A DNA stretch of 58,591 bases, counting the filler, from Sphacelaria rigidula (lineage: Eukaryota), in the NCBI GenBank assembly GCA_964200075.2. It is 7 parts of 7 records of this genome, joined end to end, with 100 filler letters (N's around TTAATTAATTAA, not from the genome) between each part and the next. Parts side by side here need not be neighbours in the genome. Positions count along the whole stretch, not along the records: positions 50,309 to 58,591 come from CAXNAA020011658.1; 6 more parts are not named here. One strand, 5' to 3'. The translations under genes were made by a program, and so were the position numbers. Within the stretch, counting starts at the first letter, position 1; every line of letters begins with the position of its first letter. Under the pieces are notes generated by a model. The model was not told where the DNA came from. It did not search any database and saw nothing but the letters and a program-made list of their open reading frames with translations. Shown here piece by piece: positions 50,309 through 58,591 of this stretch.

Positions 50309-50378
50309 GGAATCGAACCCCCCAACTCAACCATCAGAAGGTTACGAGGTTACCAACTGAGCCACCGGGGCGACCGGG
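50309..50378 (-). mobile_element. SINE family A tRNA-like head
   Basis: Reverse complement CCGGTCGCCCCGGTGGCTCAGTTGGTAACC...GGTTCGATTCC. Confidence 0.85.
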
Positions 50379-50384
50379 TACAAT

Positions 50385-50663
50385 TTGACTACCCCCGAAA
50401 ATCCCTCCGCACGAAAGTTCACACCTCTTCAGAGGAATAAAACACCGCTACTAGAGGAGGAGTGACCTCTGGGAGGATTTCATGTTGTGCTGGATCCGTC
50501 TCCCTCCCTCTAGAGCGACTACCTGTGAGCTGTTTCCCTACCGGTGTTCAACCCCTGAGCAGGAGGATACTACCCACCCTCCACAGGGATGAAACGGTTC
50601 CACCGAGCTTCTGGCCCCTTTGGAACGGTGAATTTTGTATCGAGGGATTTGGGGGATAGTCAA
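50385..50663. mobile_element. MITE with ~37-bp imperfect TIRs
   Basis: TTGACTACCCCCGAAAATCCCTC...AAAGTTCAC pairs with GTGAATTTT...GAGGGATTTGGGGGATAGTCAA. Confidence 0.7.
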
Positions 50664-50896
50664 CTAGCCGCATGTGAAGCTGGCAAAAGACGTTGATATA
50701 TACTGGGCCATCAAATTAACTATGGCATAGTGTTGGCACTGTATTTTGTTTGATGCGGATGGGGAACAGGATCATCGATATCGAGGTCCACCCGACACGC
50801 CATCGAGAGGTGTGACGTACAAGTCGCGGAACTCCGTTTGCGTTCAAGATCTGTTTTCAGAGACACACACACCCTCACCCTTCGGCCCTCCGTCGT

Positions 50897-51437
50897 GTGC
50901 CTCCTCGGATGCACGTCGTGAAGGTCAGGGAGGACCTCCTGAAGAAGGGAGTCGACGTCGACAGAGTAACGGAGGCCCTTTTGAAAGGGGCAAACCCCGA
51001 AGATGGTGGTGGGGTTGGCATCGCTTTCCAGTCTCTTGGGAACGGGGACTGTTTCATGACTGCCGTCGCGACGCTGATCATCGCGATAAGTAGGAGGGGC
51101 AACCGTCGGAAGGCCATATCGCGACTGGCCAAAAAGCTGAGACTGGCCATCGTGATCACGGGGATCAAGTACATGAAGTTGTTCCTCGGTGATCAATATG
51201 ATTGTTTTGGAGACTGGCCCTGCTACAGCACGGAAGCCAGGGAAGATCTGGCAACCTCCGGGTGGACCGAATCTCCCGGAGTGGACGACGGGTTATCTCT
51301 CGACTCGACGGACACCGCACGGTTGATGTTCGTGCGGCAGCGGTAGCATATGTCTGCGCCGGGGGTTTTCACCCAGCAGTTCGCATTCCCCACCATGGCC
51401 ACTGTCCTAGGAGGTCCGCTGAGGATGTTCAATCCAA
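50897..51437 (+). pseudogene. vertnin-like OTU cysteine-protease domain, one in-frame stop
   Basis: GVDVDRVTEALL...QSLGNGDCFMTAVA...LAKKLRLAIV...*HMSAPGVFTQQFAFPTMATVLGGPLRMFNP, then a GTAAGT donor at 51438. Confidence 0.65.
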
Positions 51438-52729
51438 GTAAGTTGGTGTTGCACTTTGGTGAAAAGGAGGTGCGAACACAGTTGGTGAGATTTCAGCGAT
51501 TATATTTGTGACGATGGGGATCGCCTACCGGATACCCGCTCGGAGGACACGGACAACAACCCTAGATGATGTCATGATGTCACTACGGCTGCGGTAGAGA
51601 CGTCCTGGCCCAGCACTCTCCACCTGTATTGCGTATGGCACATTTTCAAAAACGTGCCGAATAATTGTTTTTCTTCGCTGAGCGAAAGGGATCGGTCAGT
51701 ATTCATGCACAAATTCTCGTGCGCAGCCTACGCAGCCACTCCCGAGGTGAGAGATGGTATGTGGTATTCGTCCCAAACACCGTCGGCGTGTCCCTCAAAG
51801 TGTACATCGATGGGCGCACGTGCTGGCGGAGAATCATCTTGGTTGTACGCAAATCTCATCAGGAAAACGGTAACGGGCAGGAACTGAGCGATCTCACTCG
51901 TGAAAAATCCCCTCTGTCCCTGTATTGCGTCAGGTATTCGGTCGCTTCCAGCATGAGGTGGAGAGAATGGCCAAGGGGATCAAGTGCGAGGGTTACATCG
52001 CCGACGTGTTCGCGTGAGTACACAGCACAAGTGGCAGAAACCCCCAAAGTGGGTCGCATTTCCGCGACCATAGCCTCCACGCCGCAAATTGCATACATCC
52101 GAGTCTATCGGTGGTCGTTCGTGGGTACAAGTTGGAATACAACTTAACCCGACCCTCCATGCGGCGCCGTGTGTTGCATCCACTGACCGGCCTCTCCATC
52201 CCTTCCGGAAGGTAGAAAAATGGGCTTTTTCCTGCCGGCCGACACATCTTACCCTGGGTATGGTTGCGACGCAGCGAACGGAGGGTCCGTTCGGGGTGGC
52301 AAAACAAACTGCAATCCATAGGGGCCTGTCACTGTGCGCCCTTTGGTACAAACTTCGTCAGTTGGAAACGCGCCTGTTAATGGAGGCCGAGAGGTGAGGC
52401 GCTGCACGCTCATGCACAATCCCAATTCACGAGATGAGGGTCGCCTAAGATCTCGGGCAAGCGGTGGTCTTGTTTGAAAGAATAGCCGATCTTGGATTAC
52501 CTTGGAGCCGCCTCTTTCACTAACTCGTGTTGGATGGTCGCGTTTCTCGATCCTTAATGTTGTGCGTGAACAGTAACCGTGATGTGTCTTCGTGGCCGGC
52601 GAATTTCAGAAACTCGCTCCCACTCGCAATCGGCTTGAGGTTGGGGACAATTCATGAATCAACGGCCTGATCAGCCACTTAATCCGTTGATGATTCCGTG
52701 CAGCTTGGTTACTGCAAGTCATTGTAGTC

Positions 52730-54694
52730 TCGTTTCATGGGCATACAAATCCTGGTAAAATTGTGTCTGTTGAGTCTCACGGAACTTGGTCTTTCGGATG
52801 TCCGACAGACTATCTTCCCGCCGCATCGATACCGGGAGAACATTCGCTGTGAAGGACCTGGAGAGCATGTTCCGACCCATTCGGGACAGTCTGTGGGCCG
52901 CCGGGGTGAGTAGTTTCTGCGAGAAGGTCAGTACTGACTTGCGTCGTATCGACTCGGAGTGTCCCGTACGTAGCATACCATGATTAAGCTGCGTACACCG
53001 CGGGTCTTGGCGTCAGAATTGCTATGCTTGTCGCTTTCAGGAAGAAATGCTGTCGGCGGTTGCCTCCAAGACCGACTTTTATGCACTGGAATATGGACTT
53101 GTACGAGTTGACGATTTCAGCAACAACATCAGGTGATTTCCTCTCGCGGATTTAGTTTTCGGACCCCAGTCCGTTGGGCAGTGTTTTTCGGCTATCTGTG
53201 AGCAAGCCAGATCGATTCTCCGATTCCCTACGCGTCGACTTTGATATATGACCTTTCCGAAAAATCCAGGCACTCTACGATCTCGCCGCCGCGAGATTGA
53301 CGGAGATGCCGTCGAGATCCTAGAGTTGCCCGGTTTTTTTCAGGAACGTGATAGATGAAAGTCAACGTCGAGGGAATCAGATAATTGATCTGGCTTGCTC
53401 ACAGCTAGCCGAAAAACATTGCTCAACGGAGTGGGGCCAGAAAACTCAGTCCGCGTGAGGAAATCGCCTGATATTGTTGCTCAAATCGTGAATTCGTACA
53501 AATCCAGATTCCGGTGCATAAACGTCGGTCTAACAACCCTCAGGATATTAAGTCGGGTTGTGCGATTGAAATGAGCGGCTTGTGCTCTGTTCTCGCCCAT
53601 GCAGGAGCTCCGAGTGGAGTTCTCAAACGGATGTCAGGCTTACGATGTCAGCACCGCACGAGGGTCAAGGGATGCCGACGGCAGACCGATCCCTGTCAGT
53701 GCTGCCTATGTTCGCCGCTTGTCGTCGGTGAACCCCCGAGCGAAAATCTTGCAAGAGGCGCCAGAATTAACGGACCTGGAAAATGACTTTAACGGCGCGT
53801 CGGACGCCAGGATGTGGGCGCGCACTTCACTGGAGGCATTTTTTAACGTGATTGCTCACGTCCCCGCTGAGGCCGTCGTAATAGTACAGTACACGCTCAC
53901 AACTCGGGCGTCGCGCCCGAGCCATCTCGTCGTTTTGGGGCCCGGCAAATTTCACCTCCGTTCTTGCCTGCAGCTTCTGCGCCGTGGACTGCCATGCAGG
54001 CACTTCTTCGCCGTCTTGCCGCAAATGTTGGAGAAAACTGGTGGACGCGGGTGGCGAAGTCCAACACCCGTTCGACAGTGCGTGTGTGCACAACCGTTTG
54101 CGGGAGCGAACCGATGGCCAGGACGCTCCGTGGAGCGTGGAGCAGGTGCTCCGGTCGTCGGGGCATGGTGAAGGCTGGGACGGAGTTTGCGACGGTGGCA
54201 GCGGCGGTGGTTGGGGACCTACCCTTGACAACAGTGCCGACGGCGTGCACCCCCCAGAGCCAGCCGAGTCGAAAAGAAACGCCAGAGTGGAAGCCGATCA
54301 ACGGCGCATCTTCGCCCCAATGATGGCGCGCTTCAAGGAGGAAGCAAACACCATCATTAGTTCCGTATCATCGCCGGCAGAGGCGTTGTCGATCCTAACG
54401 CAAATGGCGGCATACGGGTCTACTCTGATCCACATGGCGAAGGGCGCACCCGGGTCAGGCAACCCGGCAAAGCCCCCACAAAAAAGTCGCCCGAAGAGAT
54501 CGGGCAACAAACCAAAGTTTAGTATACGTGAGGTGGGCAGGGGTAAGGTGAAGGGCAGCGTCAATGTCAAGGAGGAGAGAGCGTCCAATCCTCAGCAGCG
54601 GGGGGGCAATTACAAGCGCACCAAACGCCATAGAAACTCGATGGAGACGCGAGGATCCCGGTCCAGCAAGCGCTCGAAGACCTCCGTCCCATGA
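52730..54694 (+). mobile_element. Mutator-like (MULE) transposase C-terminal remnant with a SWIM finger
   Basis: HLVVLGPGKFHL(R)SCLQLLRRGLPCRHFFAVL is a SWIM CxC...GLPCxH finger with the first Cys mutated; then VHNRL and a basic tail. Frameshift near 54040; interrupted by the foldback at 53070-53530. Catalytic DDE region not seen. Confidence 0.75.
53070..53530. mobile_element. foldback MITE with ~215-bp inverted arms
   Basis: GACCGACTTTTATGCACTGGAAT... pairs with ...ATTCCGGTGCATAAACGTCGGTC along the whole length; flanks are CAA/TAA. Confidence 0.9.
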
Positions 54695-55155
54695 TCGTTG
54701 ACCGCGAAAGTGCACCCTGGAACGGTTGTGGCATGATCGACCCGCGCGCCCTGGGTTGCCGATGTTCTCTTCGAGCTTCTTATTGGAAAATTGATATTTG
54801 CGGCGCTGCCCCGCTTTGTCGGTCAGCACTGGTAGGACCCGTAGACGGTGTATCACGGTGCACGTGGCGAGGTTAAGGGTGGGGGTAACGGTTGTACGGT
54901 TCACTCGACCTCCTGTCCGTGCTACTGGTGTTGTGTGGAGCCGATCTGCAACTATGATTGTTGGTAAAAGTATTACGAGAGGGAGCGATTTCCGGTGACC
55001 TACTACGCAATGTGTTACGGGGTATGATGTGTTGTCGACATTTCACGCGTAGGGAGTGCGTTGGCCACGTGTACTGCACCAGGTGTGAGGAAGATCCCAA
55101 TGCAGCACTTAAAGTAGAGTTTGACAGTTGAGAGGTTCGGAAACCCAAAATTAGC

Positions 55156-55291
55156 AGTATAGAGTCATAGTGGGAGGGGGGAAAATGGGGCTGTGCACTG
55201 CTTGTTTTGCCTCTGTTTGTTTTGCGACTGCGCAGTGCCAAAACAAGCACTCTACAGCCTCGATTTTCCCCTTCCACTATGACTCTATACT
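55156..55291. repeat. hairpin/inverted repeat
   Basis: AGTATAGAGTCATAGTGG...GCTTGTTTTG pairs with CAAAACAAGC...CCACTATGACTCTATACT; weaker symmetry extends to ~55100-55350. Confidence 0.75.
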
Positions 55292-57379
55292 TTCACGCTT
55301 GGTTTGCCGTACGTGTCTAACATTTGCCACGAAACTGTCGGCAGCAGGAGCTACAGGAGACGAAGCGGATGCGTTTCGCATACCCGTTGGTGAATCGTTT
55401 GCTTCCGGTACACCTTGTCGCTGCTTGATTTTGATATTAGTCGGCCGCTCTTGTCCGTCTCAGCTTTCCTTCACTCCTCTGTATGAAGTTCCGATCGGGG
55501 CTCAGTCGTCTCTTCTGCACAATGCGGCGGTAAAGACTATACGCACGTACTTGTGTTTTTGTAAAAAATAAAAAATAAATCTCGCGTCGGCGTCTTCTCA
55601 CGGCACCGCCTTTTCGCCCACTATTGCGTATGTGTTGATATTGGCCAGCATATTCTCACGGTAGCGCCGGGAATATGCTGTACATTTCGTTGGCCAATCC
55701 ATGAAAATAACCTCTACTGAGCCAGCCGTCCGTGCGTGCTCCGTGAACATATTTCGGAAAAGAAGATGACCTGACAGATAAGTCTTACAGAATTGGCGAC
55801 GAAACACTCTTTGACTGAAAGTGATAAAAGCAAAACGCCCAGGTATGGCGGACGAATCCTTTTGCACTGAAGATAAAACGATAAGAGAAGGTAAAGACGA
55901 GGTCAGAAGAGAAAAATATTCGGAGCTCTCTGACATGGCTTAAACTGCAGGAGCTTGCGCACACGGAACTTCCCTGAGGTCTTCGGAGGAAATGCGGTGG
56001 AATGGGATAGCCTATGTCGTTCATTGATTACGGAATTTCTGTTCCTCAACACTCCACTACCATGATGCACCCGCTCGCGTATCCGAGTGAAACAGCTGAA
56101 TATGGGAACCTTTATGGCTCATCTCTTCCGGTCATGGCTTGTCTTGCGTGGAAGACCTGAGGATAAAAATATTGAAACCCCCTCGTCTTTAATCTCAAAG
56201 ACTGACGATAATTGTGAGGGTACTACCTACAGTGTAGGCTACACCCTGTAAAGTGTACGCCTCTTCGGCTGAAAAGCACGGTGTGACGGTGCTATCAGGC
56301 CATAGTCCAACCCTCACCAACACTTTGTGCTGGCAACAGACTTGGCTGCCCGGCTTGCGCGCCGGCTCCGTTTTGAGCTTTGTTACAACTCTCAAGTGTG
56401 CAAAGCTCTGCAGGCTGCTCAATGCCCAGGTAGGGTGGTGCTTCTCGAGACGATACAGAATCCAGACAAATCAGGAAGGTAGACAAGGAGTTAGCTCGAA
56501 AATAGGGCATAGATTGATATCTGCTCAACAGATGTAGGTGTGCGAGTATTTCTCCGCATACACCCCCCCCCCCCCCCTGCATGCATGATCATGATTACAC
56601 CCCCACCCCCCAAAACAAAAGGTCAGGAAAAACGACGGTTTCGGTAGCGCTGTAATTACACAGAGTCGGTAAAATATGCTGAAAAAGTATCTACGCGATC
56701 GAGGGGCATGAGGCCGGCAAAAAGGTCCTTGGGCACCATCGCTGGAAGTGTGGGGAAAACACTGTTTCGGGCTTGAACCTTATTTCATCGTACAACCTCA
56801 CATCATATACATATCTTTTGGATGTGCTTGATTCTCGTAAATGTGTTTAATCAGTCGTCACTGTAATGCTAGCTCCCAAATCAGTGATGGGAAACCAAGT
56901 GACGCCAGGCGGTGATGGCCTCTTGCCGAGTCATCGTACGAAACACCGTACGCTCTCAAAACAGTCATCACACATATTCTCGAATCACGAATACTTCAAG
57001 CTTCGAAGCGCATGCAAACCTTCAACCTGCAGCAAATCTTGGTCGTTACCCAACCGAAACGATGACTGTATGCCTACACATTACTCAACACGTGGTAGCG
57101 ATCATTACGCTCTTGGTTCGCAAACGTAAGAAGGTTGTGTACAGCTGCACTTGTTTACGTACAATCTTTACCTCAAGCCTACTTCTCTCACCCGCCAATC
57201 ATACATTACGTCTGTAAATCTCAGGAAATGACAAGAGCTATTTCGTACTCCTTGTCTTATCACAAGTCGGTCCATTGTGTCGACGAGCGTTACGTCGACC
57301 TCGCCTCTGCGACTCCATCCCAGGACCACGCCGTGAATCCTGCCCAGTCAAATTCCGACCCTCCTGCTGAAGCGCCCTA

Positions 57380-58512
57380 ACGCTCATCACCAGATTATTG
57401 GAATGGTGTCTTGAAAATGTGGAACCAACTACCGCCACACACGCTTGACATCCATTCTGACCTTCATGGGTCCGGCTGAGAAAACAACGGTCATCCAAGA
57501 ACTCAGCGATGCCCTGCTACAGTACCAAGACCGATTTTCTCGATCCAAGACGAATCTTCGGCATTGCAAATGCTGGCCTTCGAGGTAATACTTCCACCCG
57601 GCGCCTCGCCAATCTCTTCCAGACCGCAACGGACAAACTCACTCCTTGACAAAAAAGAAAATTCCATCTTGGATGCATATTTGGTTGCATGTTCAATACA
57701 AAATTCCTCCTCTCCTTGGGTCTCACCACTTGCGGTCGTCCCAAAAAAGGACGGCAACATTTGCATAACCGTGAACTACCAACGGCTGAAGCGCGTCACT
57801 GTGGTTGGTAAACTTCCCATCTCCCGCATTGATGAGGTTTTCGACTCCTTAGGCGAAGGAAAGCTATTCAGCACCTTCGACCTCGCTTCTGGATTTTTCC
57901 ATAATGCCATTCACCCTGACACAGTCCTGCTCACGGCCTCTTCTAACTCGTCCGGGCATAACGAATGACTTCGAATGCTACAAAGTGCTGCCACTGCCCC
58001 AGGATGCTTTCAACGCTTTATGCAACGTCGCAGAGGGCCTCGAGCACATCATCATGTTCGTAGATAATGCTATCTCTTTCCATGCCGCACCTATTGCACA
58101 TATCCACACTCCACGAAGATTTGTATCTTGCCTACGAACGCACGGCTTGAACCTGCCTCCATCCGAAGCTCGCCTTGGTGTGACTGACTTGAATTTCCTG
58201 GGGCATTCCATTTCGCCAGCAGGTCTACATTCGGATACAAACAAAGTCAGGGCGATGACTGACTTGCCGATGCCGACCAACGTTTCTCAACTTCGCTCAT
58301 TGTTGGGCGGACTATCCTACTAACGCATTTTTTTGCCGATTTTATCTAAACGGATTCGCCCCTTTACTGAGTTACTCAAGAAAGGAGCCGTGTTTGCCTT
58401 CACTGCCGGTATGGAAAATATCACCCACTAATTACTCAAGGCGCTTACCGAAAAGCCGGTATTCTGCTTTCCTGATTGGGAGGCAGTATAAGATGGCTCT
58501 CGCCTTTTCCAA
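57380..58512 (+). mobile_element. Ty3/gypsy LTR retrotransposon pol remnant (RT and connection region)
   Basis: SSSPWVSPLAVVPKKDG..ITVNYQRL, LPISRIDEVFDSL, FSTFDLASGF, FVDN (decayed YxDD), FLGHSIS, QLRSLLGGLSY; multiple stops. Confidence 0.93.
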
Positions 58513-58591
58513 GAGTCATCCTACAATAGGGGGGGGGGGTATTTTGGGTCATTTGTTGCTCGAATTTTCCAGTCAGATCGTCGTTGAAAGC

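Noticed and set aside
55162..55285. Sola-like MITE with a TATA duplication
   Set aside because: Symmetry extends beyond the TATA, so the apparent TSD is probably part of a larger inverted repeat.

Overview
Eukaryotic, repeat-rich genomic DNA, most consistent with a brown alga (Phaeophyceae; inferred from intron style, TE families and a stramenopile-type START exon). The window is not one locus. It is seven size-sorted contigs (8286, 8285, 8285, 8285, 8284, 8283 and 8283 bp) joined by identical 100-bp N44-TTAATTAATTAA-N44 linkers, so no neighbourhood argument may cross a linker. Most of the content is decayed mobile DNA: an RTE-type LINE, a DIRS/Ngaro-type retrotransposon (CCCH-finger gag plus RT), a Ty3/gypsy RT, a Mutator-like SWIM transposase remnant next to a vertnin-like OTU domain, a probable KDZ-transposon remnant, several tRNA-derived SINE families, many MITE/foldback elements and minisatellites. 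Host-gene content is sparse: two exons of a START-domain gene spliced across a 4.85-kb TE-filled intron, two in-frame orphan exons in contig 3, and two unidentified, degraded short-intron genes in contig 2. I see no intact new multi-gene system. The most unusual signal is a set of LINE 3' ends that finish in, and stack within, poly(C) tracts rather than poly(A). All family assignments come from motif recognition by eye, not from database searches.
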